Source: an uncultured Ferruginibacter sp.
GTDB lineage: Bacteria > Bacteroidota > Bacteroidia > Chitinophagales > Chitinophagaceae
Direction of reading: 5' to 3'
NCBI GenBank assembly: GCA_964643315.1
Contig: CAZXSR010000003.1
Span: 88,506 to 152,505 of the forward strand
DNA: 64,000 nt
The translations under genes were made by a program, and so were the position numbers. Under the pieces are notes generated by a model that did no database searches, was not told where the DNA came from, and worked only from the letters and a program-made list of their open reading frames with translations. Positions within the stretch are counted from its first letter, which is position 1; each line of letters begins with the position of its first letter. Of this stretch, positions 40,339-50,483 are shown in pieces.

Positions 40339-40881
40339 CTACTCGTCAAGTTGATAGATTTCTTTATAATTTCTTGCAATTCCATCATAGTCAAGTCCGT
40401 ATCCAAGTAAAAATTTATTGGGCACTTTAAATCCTATGTAATCAATTACCAGTGAATGTTGCAAGGCCTCTGGTTTGTGCAAAAGTGCAGCGATTTTAAT
40501 AGATGCGGGTTGCATTTCCCTGAGACTTGGAAGAAAATCATGAAGGGTTTTGCCGGTATCCACAATATCCTCCAGTATGATGATGTCCCTGCCGGAAACT
40601 GATTGATCCAATCCAATTGATTTTACAACTGACCCGGTACTTTGCATGCCATGATAAGATGCCAATTTAATAAAACAGATTTCAGCTTCTATCTCCAACT
40701 CTTTGAACAGGTCTGAAGCAAACATAAAAGATCCATTCAATATAGGAATAAATAGGGGCTTTTTGCCTTTGTAATCTTTATTTATTTCAGAAGCCATTCG
40801 TATTATCTCACTGTCTATCTCTTCAGAGCCGATATACTTTTTGAACTTCCTGCCATGCACCTCAATGGAATCCCTATTCAT
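40339..40881 (-). CDS. hpt: Hypoxanthine phosphoribosyltransferase
   Basis: ILNGSFMFASD, ILEDIVDTGKT PRPP motif, GYGLDY. Confidence 0.95.
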   Translation of the reverse strand: MNRDSIEVHGRKFKKYIGSEEIDSEIIRMASEINKDYKGKKPLFIPILNGSFMFASDLFKELEIEAEICFIKLASYHGMQSTGSVVKSIGLDQSVSGRDIIILEDIVDTGKTLHDFLPSLREMQPASIKIAALLHKPEALQHSLVIDYIGFKVPNKFLLGYGLDYDGIARNYKEIYQLDE

Positions 40882-40937
40882 ACGTTTACTATATTATGAT
40901 TTTTAATGAAAAGATCGAAGAGGTGTGTGGTTCCGGA

Positions 40938-41462
40938 TTATTTAGAATCACCTTTCTCCTCAATAACAGATTTGGTAATCTCATTTAAATTATGCTCTTC
41001 AATAATCTTGATCAACATTCTGCCGTAATCCTTATTAGTTGCATATCCGGCTTTAGTTAACCCTTTTGCCCAACCTTTATAATCGGTAGGATCCAAATCA
41101 AACAGAGAGGTATAGTAAGGCCTGTATTTCAGAAAATCACTATGATCTTTATAACTGTCGGCGGCAGTGGGGTATTTTCTAAAACATTCCCCTTTTGCAT
41201 CATCATCATGGCTTACAGTTTCGCCGGTCCAGTTTTCCTTACACTTGATGCCAAAATGATTGTTGGATCTTCTTACCAAATCACTGTTTCCGCTTTCTGT
41301 TTCTACCACACCTTGTGCTAAAGTGATGGCGGCAGGCACACCGGATCTTTTCATTTCCGCTATGGCTAAAGCTTTATACTTATCTATGTATTCCTTAGTT
41401 GAAATTTTTTGACTGAATACAAATAAAGGGGATAACAACATTGTAAAAATGAGCACTTTCAT
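40938..41462 (-). CDS. GH73 glucosaminidase / peptidoglycan hydrolase
   Basis: ITLAQGVVETESG, NNHFGIKC, FRKY, AGYAT..Y motifs; signal peptide; no LysM. Confidence 0.9.
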   Translation of the reverse strand: MKVLIFTMLLSPLFVFSQKISTKEYIDKYKALAIAEMKRSGVPAAITLAQGVVETESGNSDLVRRSNNHFGIKCKENWTGETVSHDDDAKGECFRKYPTAADSYKDHSDFLKYRPYYTSLFDLDPTDYKGWAKGLTKAGYATNKDYGRMLIKIIEEHNLNEITKSVIEEKGDSK

Positions 41463-41490
41463 GTTTTATTTTTTTTAGTTATAAATCAAA

Positions 41491-42129
41491 TTATAGTTTT
41501 CTGACAAGAAACAAACCGTCCCTGACAGTTAACATCACCTGCTCGGTACGTTTATCAAGCGAAACGTGATGATTGAAAGCATTAATAGCAAGTGCATTTT
41601 TACCGGCAATCTCTTCCTCCAAAACCTGACCGTGAAAAAGCACATTGTCTGCTATAAGCCACCCGCCACTACGCATTTGGGGTATAACCAAATCATAATA
41701 AGCAACGTAGTTTATCTTATCAGCATCCAAAAATACGATATCCCATTCAAAATTGAGTGTTGGAATAATGTTAATTGCATCCCCGTGGTGAATTTTAATT
41801 TTTTTTTGATGTACAGACTTTTCAAAATAATGACGTGCTGTGTTAATATCAGCTTCCCTAAGCTCTAAAGTATGAAGTTCTCCGTTTTCCTGCAAACCTT
41901 CGGCCAAGCACAAGGCGCTGAAGCCTGTAAAAGTGCCTATCTCAAGAATATATTTTGGTTGAATCATTTGACTCAATGATTGAAGAATTCTTCCTTGAAC
42001 TTTTCCGCTCAACATGTGAGCATGGGGATGTGAGGCCATTGTGTCATGCTCCATTTCCTGCAACAGATTGTCGAGGGAGCTGGTATGTTTCTCTGCATAA
42101 GCATCAGCTAAAGGATGAATCAATTCCAT
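41491..42129 (-). CDS. SAM-dependent O-methyltransferase (COMT/CCoAOMT-like)
   Basis: LEIGTFTGFSAL, VFLDADK, ADNVLFHG, VRDGL. Confidence 0.92.
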   Translation of the reverse strand: MELIHPLADAYAEKHTSSLDNLLQEMEHDTMASHPHAHMLSGKVQGRILQSLSQMIQPKYILEIGTFTGFSALCLAEGLQENGELHTLELREADINTARHYFEKSVHQKKIKIHHGDAINIIPTLNFEWDIVFLDADKINYVAYYDLVIPQMRSGGWLIADNVLFHGQVLEEEIAGKNALAINAFNHHVSLDKRTEQVMLTVRDGLFLVRKL

Positions 42130-43640
42130 GCTTTATGATTATTTGATTTCTCCGAGATAAGATAAAGTGAGAGCACTGTGATGATTCCATTTACAATGAT
42201 CAACTCATTTCCGATCTTATAACCGTGAAAAACAGTTTGTGACAAATTAGCTAAGTTTAATTTGATATGCAGTTTGGCTTCATACCACTCAGGACTACTC
42301 AGCATATCAATACCCAATGTCATTAGCGGTGAAATCAGACAAACGGGAATAACCCATTTATTTTTAAGTGCCCGTTTGGTTAGCATTCCAAATGCAAATA
42401 AACCTAACAATGGACCATAGGTAATGCCGGCAAATTTCAGGATGAAGTCTACAATGAGTTTATCATTGATCCATTTAAATAACAATACCATCAAGAAAAA
42501 AATTAGCGCAAAGCAAAGGTGCACTTTGATACGTGTGCGCTTTTTCACCGCTTCATCAGCACCTGATTTTTGTAAGTCTAAAATATCCATGCAATAGCTG
42601 GATGTCAGGGAAGTGATTGCTCCATCAACACTTGGAAATAGTGCAGATATGAGTGCAATGATAAAAATAATGCCCAATGCACCTGCAAGTTCGCTGTTGA
42701 TGGCAATGGTTGGAAACAGATCATCAGGCGCCACAGTCATTCCTTTGCTGGCAGCAAATAGTTGTAATAAACCACCTAAAAACAGAAACATCAAATTTAC
42801 CACTAACAGTACAGCGGTAAAGGTCATCATGTTTTTTTGGGAGTCTTTCAGATTCTTTACGCTAATGTTTTTTTGCATCATTTCCTGGTCAAGACCGGTC
42901 ATGGTAATTGCTATGAACATACCGCCCAGTATATGTTTCAGGAAAAAAGATCCGGCTTTCCAATCTGTGTTGAATAGTTTTGTATAGCCGGCTGTTTGCA
43001 TTTTATGGAAAGCCTCGGATATATTGAGATTCAATGCTGAAAGAATGAGTATGATGCTCACAATAAGTCCAATAAGCATACCTGAAGTTTGAAGTGTATC
43101 GGTATAAATGATCGTTTTAACACCCCCTTCAAGTGTATACAATAATATCATCAACAAGATAATAAAAGCTGTGAACACGAAAGGTACTCCGAGGTTATCG
43201 AGAATAAACAATTGCAGAATATTGATGACCAGATATAAACGAGCGGTTGCTCCAACAATTCTTGAGATGATAAAAGCGATTGCCCCTGCACGATGCGCAT
43301 TGGGATTGAATCTTTTTTCGAGATAGGCATAGATGCTGGTAACCTGTAAGCGATAGTAGAGTGGCAGTAAAACAAAAGCAATAACGATATAACCAAGCAA
43401 ATAACCAAGTACCACTTGATAATAGAAAAAATTTCCTTTGCCCACACCACCCGGAACGCTTACAAAAGTAACGCCACTCAGAGAAGTGCCGATCATACCA
43501 AAAGCTACCAATAACCAGTTGCTCTTACGGTTGCCGATAAAAAAAGAAGCGTTATCGGATCCTTTGGAAGTATACCAGGAGACACCCAGTAAGAGCAAAA
43601 AATAGAGGGCAACAAAAACAAGCAACAATGTAGAGGACAT
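42120..43640 (-). CDS. Sodium:solute symporter (SSS family)
   Basis: FGMIGTSLSGVTFVSVPG, GGVKTIIYTDTLQ, GLDQEMMQK, GPLLGLFAFG; start set at MSSTLL. Confidence 0.92.
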   Translation of the reverse strand: MSSTLLLVFVALYFLLLLGVSWYTSKGSDNASFFIGNRKSNWLLVAFGMIGTSLSGVTFVSVPGGVGKGNFFYYQVVLGYLLGYIVIAFVLLPLYYRLQVTSIYAYLEKRFNPNAHRAGAIAFIISRIVGATARLYLVINILQLFILDNLGVPFVFTAFIILLMILLYTLEGGVKTIIYTDTLQTSGMLIGLIVSIILILSALNLNISEAFHKMQTAGYTKLFNTDWKAGSFFLKHILGGMFIAITMTGLDQEMMQKNISVKNLKDSQKNMMTFTAVLLVVNLMFLFLGGLLQLFAASKGMTVAPDDLFPTIAINSELAGALGIIFIIALISALFPSVDGAITSLTSSYCMDILDLQKSGADEAVKKRTRIKVHLCFALIFFLMVLLFKWINDKLIVDFILKFAGITYGPLLGLFAFGMLTKRALKNKWVIPVCLISPLMTLGIDMLSSPEWYEAKLHIKLNLANLSQTVFHGYKIGNELIIVNGIITVLSLYLISEKSNNHKAWN

Positions 43641-43668
43641 AATGGATTTTTGGTTGAACGAAAGATGA

Positions 43669-44286
43669 TTATCTACTTCTGCCCTGGAATAAAGCGATAT
43701 GGTAACCGGCACGTATGACAGGTACAGCACGTTTTAAATTATCCTTGTAGGGAGAATAAGGATCATTACCTACATCCCAAAGAACTGAAATATAATAGTA
43801 GGATCTTTGGAATGAACTTCTACCTGAAGCATAGCCTGCACCAACCAAGGTGCTTTGAGTGCTTAATTTTCTCTTCTCTTCTATTCTTGTGTCTCCCAAA
43901 GCTGGCAAATAATGAAAACTTACATTATTCATTTCAAAATTACCTATGACAAATAAACTGGTTGTGGGAAAAAGACGAACAAATGCTCCGGGTGTGAATA
44001 TTGTTTGACGAAGCCGATCGCCATCCACATAATAGTATCTGTATGAGGTATAGTCAATACCAAAAGTCAAGCCCATATCCAAATAGTTGGTAATGCTGTA
44101 ACCAATACAAGGTGTGGCCCCTACGCTTGTCATATTGCTCCCGAAGAGTAAATTCACAGTACCTCCGGTAAATAAATTTTCTTTTTTAAACCCACCTGTT
44201 TCTTCATCACGATCTTTGTCCTGTGCATACAGTATTGAATGAACACAAAAAATTACCGCACTTAAAATCAACATCGTTTTTTTCAT
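43669..44286 (-). CDS. Hypothetical exported protein, probable outer-membrane beta-barrel
   Basis: Signal peptide; alternating aromatic/Gly beta-strand pattern; no family recognised. Confidence 0.65.
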   Translation of the reverse strand: MKKTMLILSAVIFCVHSILYAQDKDRDEETGGFKKENLFTGGTVNLLFGSNMTSVGATPCIGYSITNYLDMGLTFGIDYTSYRYYYVDGDRLRQTIFTPGAFVRLFPTTSLFVIGNFEMNNVSFHYLPALGDTRIEEKRKLSTQSTLVGAGYASGRSSFQRSYYYISVLWDVGNDPYSPYKDNLKRAVPVIRAGYHIALFQGRSR

Positions 44287-44296
44287 ACAATAATTT

Positions 44297-45706
44297 TTAG
44301 CGGAACATTTTTCCGGGATTGAGGATATGATTGGGGTCGAATGCTTTTTTGACGGCTTTCATTAAAGAGAGCTCCGTTTCAGAAAATACGATGTCCATGT
44401 ATTCCTGTTGAATGAGTCCGATACCATGTTCGCCGCTGATGGTTCCGCCCAAAGACTTCACAAGTTCAAACAACGCTCTTAACGCAGGGATGACATCTTG
44501 GTTATTGAGACTGTATTTGCTTCCTTCTTTTTTAATTCGTACATGCAAATTGCCATCGCCTGCATGTCCGTAACAAACCACATCGAACTGATATTTTTTT
44601 CCGAGTTCTTTTACTCCTTTGATTAGTTTGGGGAGTTCGGCGCGTGGAACGACGGTATCTTCTTCGATGGTATATCCCACTGACTTTACCGCTTCGGCTA
44701 CCCTTCTTCTGAGTTTCCACAACTCTGCTTTTTGGGTAGCATCATCTGCAAAAAATACTTCACCGCAATCATAAGCCGTGAGCAATTCGGCAATAGATTC
44801 CATTTCATTCATGAGCGTATCCAAATGGTTGCCATCTACCTCAATGATCAAATGCGCGGCCATTTCATCGGTTACAGGAACGACAGAGCTGTCGACCATT
44901 TTACTCACAATTTTCAAAGCATCAATTTCTACAAGTTCCAGTGCGCTGGGCACAAAACCTGCCCTGAAGATGGCACTTACTGCTTCGCCGGCTTTTTCAA
45001 GATTATTGAAAGGCACAAGCATCAGCAAATCATATTTTGGATGCGGGATGAGTTTGAGTACAATTTTGGTAACAATACCTAAGGTACCTTCGCTTCCCAC
45101 CATTAATTGCGTGAGGTTATATCCGGTCGCATTTTTCAACACATTGGAGCCTGTCCAAATGATATTGCCATCAGGCAAAACCACTTGCAAGTTGAGTACA
45201 TAATCTTTTACGACGCCGTATTTGACTGCCTTAGGTCCACCGCTGTTTTCAGCGATGTTGCCACCGATGAAGCAGGTGCCACGGCTGCTGGGATCGGGCG
45301 GATAGAAAAGGGATTTTTCTTTTACGGCATTTTGCAAAACTTCAGTAATAACACCGGGCTCAACGGTGACTTGAAGATTTCTTTCATCAATTTCAAGAAT
45401 TTCATTCATTCTTTCCACTGAAAGCAAGACGCCTCCATGCACAGGTAATGCCCCACCGCTTAACCCTGTTCCCCCACCTCGTGGTGTCACTGGAATGTGA
45501 TGAGTATTGCAATATGACAAAATAGCGCCAATTTGTTCGGGAGTTCTGGGCTTTACTATGATATCCGGAGGAAAATGCAGATTTTCGGTTTCATCATGAG
45601 CATAATTATTGATCTGCTCTTCATCTGTATAAACAAATGAATCCCCGACAACTGATTTAAGGTGATGCAGCAATGCAGTAAAATCATACGTCTTGAAATC
45701 AGGCAT
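44297..45706 (-). CDS. FAD-linked oxidase (GlcD / D-lactate dehydrogenase-like)
   Basis: PRGGGTGLSGG, YPPDPSS, IGGNIAENSGG, GSEGTLGIVT, HAGDGNLH, SGEHGIG, NPGK; start set at MPDFKT. Confidence 0.92.
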   Translation of the reverse strand: MPDFKTYDFTALLHHLKSVVGDSFVYTDEEQINNYAHDETENLHFPPDIIVKPRTPEQIGAILSYCNTHHIPVTPRGGGTGLSGGALPVHGGVLLSVERMNEILEIDERNLQVTVEPGVITEVLQNAVKEKSLFYPPDPSSRGTCFIGGNIAENSGGPKAVKYGVVKDYVLNLQVVLPDGNIIWTGSNVLKNATGYNLTQLMVGSEGTLGIVTKIVLKLIPHPKYDLLMLVPFNNLEKAGEAVSAIFRAGFVPSALELVEIDALKIVSKMVDSSVVPVTDEMAAHLIIEVDGNHLDTLMNEMESIAELLTAYDCGEVFFADDATQKAELWKLRRRVAEAVKSVGYTIEEDTVVPRAELPKLIKGVKELGKKYQFDVVCYGHAGDGNLHVRIKKEGSKYSLNNQDVIPALRALFELVKSLGGTISGEHGIGLIQQEYMDIVFSETELSLMKAVKKAFDPNHILNPGKMFR

Positions 45707-45776
45707 GGATAGAGCGGGTTTTGGACAAATTTCGTAAAAAAATCTGAAAGGGGATCTGTAATAAAAGACAGAATTC

Positions 45777-46826
45777 TTAAAAATGAGGGCAAGAAAACTC
45801 TCTGGAAGGTTTCTCACCAATATTGTTCAAACTCATGATACTGAGCTCGGATGCACCTGCTCCATTATTAAATGTACGAAGAGGTGAATTTGTGATATCG
45901 TAAGAGAAATTGAGCGCTATTCTACCAAATTGGAGTCCTAAGGAAGGAATCATCGCATCGTTTTTTCTTATAAAAAATCCAGCATGCATAGATGCGTCTT
46001 TTTGCTTACTGATTTGTCGGCGAACTTGTGCGCCTGCTGTCCAGCTTGCTGCGCCTGCCTGAGAGATCGCCAGTGCAGATGGTTGTATGATTGTATTGTT
46101 CCCGATTTTTATAATCGCATTCAGGTACCCTGTATGTTTATGATTAACACGTTCATTTATTGTACTGGAAAAAAAAGTTTCCTTGGGCTTAAGCGCATTT
46201 GCCAAGGAATAACCCGCACTTATGTATATATCTTGACTGGCAAAATAAGAATAATTTAATCCCACCTGAACATCGGGATACGAAATTGAAGTTGTTGAAA
46301 ATACAGAGCCGGTCGGCAAACTTCCATCAAAAAAATGACCGTTGAATTGATCAGGAAAAGTGAGCTTGGAAGGATCAACCGATCTTGTCACCCAGCCCAA
46401 ATTACAACCTGCGCTCAGCAGGCTGCTTTGCCCAAGCATTTGGTGATAAGCCAAAGAGATATATGCTTTGGTAGTACGTAAATTACCGCTTCCTGCAACA
46501 TCGCTCAATAAAAATCCACCAATTCCTGCCCAGGCAAATTCAAATTGGTTCTGTAATATTGCGGCATCCCCATAAGCAGAAAAAGAACGATATGGATTGG
46601 TTATTAAGTTAACAAACTGACGACGATAATTTAATCCAAACCGGTAATCCGCATCCAGAAGAAAACCGGTGTTCGCAGGGTTTGCAAATAATGGTGTATT
46701 ATAGAATTGGGAAAAATGAATATCCTGTGAAGCTCCTGATTTTGCAAGCATTAAAAAACATGAGAGAACAACTGATTTAATGAGTTGCAAACTTAATACG
46801 GGTGATATGTTTGATTTCATCCTCAT
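45777..46826 (-). CDS. PorP/SprF family T9SS outer-membrane protein
   Basis: QDIHFSQFYNTPLFANPANTG, NYRRQ, SYDIT...GASELS; overlaps stop of upstream CHU_C gene. Confidence 0.92.
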   Translation of the reverse strand: MRMKSNISPVLSLQLIKSVVLSCFLMLAKSGASQDIHFSQFYNTPLFANPANTGFLLDADYRFGLNYRRQFVNLITNPYRSFSAYGDAAILQNQFEFAWAGIGGFLLSDVAGSGNLRTTKAYISLAYHQMLGQSSLLSAGCNLGWVTRSVDPSKLTFPDQFNGHFFDGSLPTGSVFSTTSISYPDVQVGLNYSYFASQDIYISAGYSLANALKPKETFFSSTINERVNHKHTGYLNAIIKIGNNTIIQPSALAISQAGAASWTAGAQVRRQISKQKDASMHAGFFIRKNDAMIPSLGLQFGRIALNFSYDITNSPLRTFNNGAGASELSIMSLNNIGEKPSREFSCPHF

Positions 46827-49800
46827 CGAAGTAAAGTTATATCTCCAGTTTTTCTAAGAAAAGTTCCATCCGAATAATTTACATCCAGTGTATAAGTATA
46901 TACATCCAAAGCCTGCAGTCTGCCATTCAGGGTACCATCCCATCCATTTTTGATAGAGGTAGATCTGAAGATCTGTTGACCCCATCGATTATAAATTCGC
47001 CAATCCATTTTTTGTATGCCAAAACCTTTTACATAAATAGTGTTATTGACTGTCTGTCCTGGGGTAAAAGCGTTGGGCACATCCAACACGGGCTCTATAA
47101 GGGCCCGAACCTGAAGCGGGAAAGTATCTTTACAGCCATATTGGTTAATGGCAATCAGCTGAGCATCAAAAGTACCTGTACCAATGTATTGATGCGTGGG
47201 ATTTATTTGATTGGAGCTGTCGCCATCTCCAAATTGCCATATATAATTAATGGCCCCAAGACTTGTATTGGTAAATTGAACAGGTGTATTCACAACAGGT
47301 GGATTTGGCAACCAGGTAGCCGAGGCCTGAGGTTTATCTGAAACTATGATAGAAAAAGGAGGAGACACATCCGTAACATTACAGGTATTGGGATCTGTGG
47401 CAGTAAGTGTAACTGTATACGTACCTGGAGTATTAAACGTGTAACTGAATGGGTCAGCAGTAGATGAAACTCCATTAGACAAATCCCAACGAATATCTGT
47501 TGTGCCGGACAGATTTACAAAGCCGGCAGTATAAGGTACACATCCATAGGAGGATGTATTGAATTCGGCTTTAAGGATAGGTCGTACTCTTAATTGGATT
47601 GACTTTTTAACAGGCGCATTGCAGAATCGTGTATCATTTAGCGTAAGTGTAATAGTATATGTTCCGGTATCTGCAAAAGTATGTGATACATTTCCGCCTG
47701 ATGTAATGGTTGGACTACCATCGCCAAAGTCCCAGGTGAAACTGTTTGCCTGAAAACTTGTTCCCAGGATGGAGAATGATTGATTGATGAAATCAAAATC
47801 CAAACCGGTGCAAGGCAGTCGCTTTACTGCATTAAAAGCCATTTGCACAGAATCATTTCCAGCTTTGATTTGTATGTACGCAGTGTCACGAATATTACAA
47901 GTGGAAGAGTCTTCAGTAATAACACGAACGGTATAGGTTTGCACGTTGGCATAAGAAGTTTGTGTGCTAAAGATCGGGGCGCGTGTTGTGTCCTTTAACC
48001 CATTTCCAAAATCCCAGTACATGGTCCTCCCTTTTTGAAGAGTGTCAGTAAATCTTACAATGAATGGTACGCAGGCAGAAGTGTCGTTCTTTATTGCATT
48101 GATGGATGGCTGGATACTTGCGGCCACTCCTGTAAAGTCCATCTCAATTTTTACCGCTGCCTGATTGCAGTTTGCGCTTCTGTTTACACGGCTCCATACT
48201 CCTGTTGTGGTTGGAAAAGTGGCACCACCTCCGCAATTGGCACACATGGCCTGATAAATAATGCCGTTGGTTGAAAATCGACTTGTTCCACCATCAACGT
48301 GATCACTTTCGCCACCGAACTGCCCAAAGTGTGTAGAAAATAAGATTCTTGTCGCATCTTTTTCAAATACGATGAAATAAAAATCCTGCCCATCTGCGGC
48401 AGGTATGCCGGGCAATGGATTTACTTCCGGTAATCCATTTGTATTGCCTGTTCCGTAGTTTTCCTGGTTGATGCCGCCGCCCCATCCGGAGATGTATACA
48501 TTTTCGCATCGATCTACCGAAAATGCTACAGGTGAAATATTAGGAAGCGATGAGCCCGTGCCAAATACAGTGGAGTAAACGTATTGAGAAAGATCAGGTT
48601 TTAGTTTAGCTACAAATTGCGAGCTGCCGGCAATGTTATATGGAGGTGATGATAAAGGCAACACAGGCCATGATCCTGTGGTAGTACCAACTACATAAGG
48701 AAAGCCTTTTTTATCACATTTCACTCCATAGACGACATCGATATTGCCGGTTCCGAGAAAAGTCGTTTTATTGATGGACGTGAAATCATTTTTGATAGAT
48801 GTAATAAAACCATCGGCTACACCACCCTGATAATTTGGAGAAATCACATTGATATTATTCCCTGGTAAATTGTTGCTGGTGGTTCCTCCGCCAATGAAAA
48901 GATCGTTGGTAGTTGAACTGATATCGCAAACAAAACAGGCATCATCTCCACTACCTCCAAAAAAACTTCCATAAGCATAGACAGATAGATTAGCATTGAA
49001 TTTTAAAACAAGCCCATCTTGTATGCCACCACCAAAACTGCCATTTGTATTTAATGGAATTCCGACAACTGGAAAATCAGGGGATTGAGTGCAAGAAGCA
49101 AGGATTATGTTTGATGATTCATCCAGTATAACTTCGCTTCTGGCATCATCGCCATAATATCTTCTTAGGCGGTCCGGGCCGTTGGGGGCAGCATATTTGG
49201 AACGAATGTTTACACCATCATTTGAGGATCCGCCTATTCTTACAGAACCAACTAATCCGGTACCGTTGGCATTTAATTTAGTGATAAAAATATCATACCC
49301 ACCCAAAGGACCTATGCTTCGGGTTGTTGGAAAATTAGAGGAAGAAGTACGACCAGTAATGATGAGATTACCCTGTGCATCACAAATCATGCTGTGTGGC
49401 TGTTCATTTCTGCTTCCTCCCAAATAGGTTGCATACAATCTGTTGAAACCATTTGGAGAAAATTTAAAAATTGCCATGTCATGACCCGGCAATTCCAAAT
49501 ATTGGTTTTGATTGGGTGGAGGAAAGAATGAAATTTCATCTTCTCCCCCATTGTAAGTTGTTTGAAAAGCCCCGGGAGAAACGGGATAACCACCACTAAA
49601 TACTACGCCGCCTGCAAAAAAACTGCCATCGGGGCCTGGTGTTGCTGTGTAACCCCAATTATCGGCGTTACTACCGGTAAATGAAGAAAAACGGATAGAA
49701 GGATCAATAATCAAAGTTCTTTTGATGTCATAAGCGCCTAGTTGAAAGTACACTTTCTTTCCACTAAGCACATACTGACATTTGATTTCGTTTCGATTAC

Positions 49801-50416
49801 CCGATTCATCTGTTTGATAAGCATAAGGTTTTAATTCACGAACTTCCCCGACGGATGTTTGTATGATCAATTCTTTATTTCGAATAGCTAATTGATTTAC
49901 ACCATCATACTCCATTACAATAGCATTGCTGTTAGCACCTGGATGAAGAATGAAATCATACTTAAGATTATCTCCTGAGGAATAGTATTGAACATCCACA
50001 TTTGTATAAATGTTTTTATAGACGACTTGTTGAAACATACGACAAGCAGTGGCCCATTTGGATGAATCATTTCCAAGAAAATAGTTATTGTATCCCGATT
50101 GCTGTTTGAAAGATTGAATGCCTGCAACTGAATTAGATGAAACAAGTTTCATACGATACATACAGGATTTCAATGTGATTGACTTATTTAACTCCTTTAC
50201 ATTACCATGAATAAGAGACCCGAGTTGACGATAATCGGCGGTATCATGAAGCACCACAGAAAAACCCTGGTTTTCGAGATAAAAACTTCCGTATTGAAGT
50301 TCACCTTTGTATCGAATAATTGAATTCCATTGACCTTTATTTTCAATGAAATCAATTTGAGCAAATGACTGTTTACAGAATAACACAAAGAGGAGTATAA
50401 TTGGCAAACATCGCAT
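46823..50416 (-). CDS. T9SS type B cargo: FIENKGQW N-terminal domain, SBBP-like propeller, PKD repeats, CHU_C
   Basis: FIENKGQW, YATYLGGS, G.T.S.NFP repeats, WDFGNG/WDFGDG PKD motifs, VPNAFTP...NRWG...GWDG...GDITLLR. Confidence 0.9.
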   Translation of the reverse strand: MRCLPIILLFVLFCKQSFAQIDFIENKGQWNSIIRYKGELQYGSFYLENQGFSVVLHDTADYRQLGSLIHGNVKELNKSITLKSCMYRMKLVSSNSVAGIQSFKQQSGYNNYFLGNDSSKWATACRMFQQVVYKNIYTNVDVQYYSSGDNLKYDFILHPGANSNAIVMEYDGVNQLAIRNKELIIQTSVGEVRELKPYAYQTDESGNRNEIKCQYVLSGKKVYFQLGAYDIKRTLIIDPSIRFSSFTGSNADNWGYTATPGPDGSFFAGGVVFSGGYPVSPGAFQTTYNGGEDEISFFPPPNQNQYLELPGHDMAIFKFSPNGFNRLYATYLGGSRNEQPHSMICDAQGNLIITGRTSSSNFPTTRSIGPLGGYDIFITKLNANGTGLVGSVRIGGSSNDGVNIRSKYAAPNGPDRLRRYYGDDARSEVILDESSNIILASCTQSPDFPVVGIPLNTNGSFGGGIQDGLVLKFNANLSVYAYGSFFGGSGDDACFVCDISSTTNDLFIGGGTTSNNLPGNNINVISPNYQGGVADGFITSIKNDFTSINKTTFLGTGNIDVVYGVKCDKKGFPYVVGTTTGSWPVLPLSSPPYNIAGSSQFVAKLKPDLSQYVYSTVFGTGSSLPNISPVAFSVDRCENVYISGWGGGINQENYGTGNTNGLPEVNPLPGIPAADGQDFYFIVFEKDATRILFSTHFGQFGGESDHVDGGTSRFSTNGIIYQAMCANCGGGATFPTTTGVWSRVNRSANCNQAAVKIEMDFTGVAASIQPSINAIKNDTSACVPFIVRFTDTLQKGRTMYWDFGNGLKDTTRAPIFSTQTSYANVQTYTVRVITEDSSTCNIRDTAYIQIKAGNDSVQMAFNAVKRLPCTGLDFDFINQSFSILGTSFQANSFTWDFGDGSPTITSGGNVSHTFADTGTYTITLTLNDTRFCNAPVKKSIQLRVRPILKAEFNTSSYGCVPYTAGFVNLSGTTDIRWDLSNGVSSTADPFSYTFNTPGTYTVTLTATDPNTCNVTDVSPPFSIIVSDKPQASATWLPNPPVVNTPVQFTNTSLGAINYIWQFGDGDSSNQINPTHQYIGTGTFDAQLIAINQYGCKDTFPLQVRALIEPVLDVPNAFTPGQTVNNTIYVKGFGIQKMDWRIYNRWGQQIFRSTSIKNGWDGTLNGRLQALDVYTYTLDVNYSDGTFLRKTGDITLLR

Positions 50417-50483
50417 GAAAGAGATATTAGTACTTAGTTACAGACAACAAAAAAAATATTTAGTTCACTCAACTTCTACGAAA

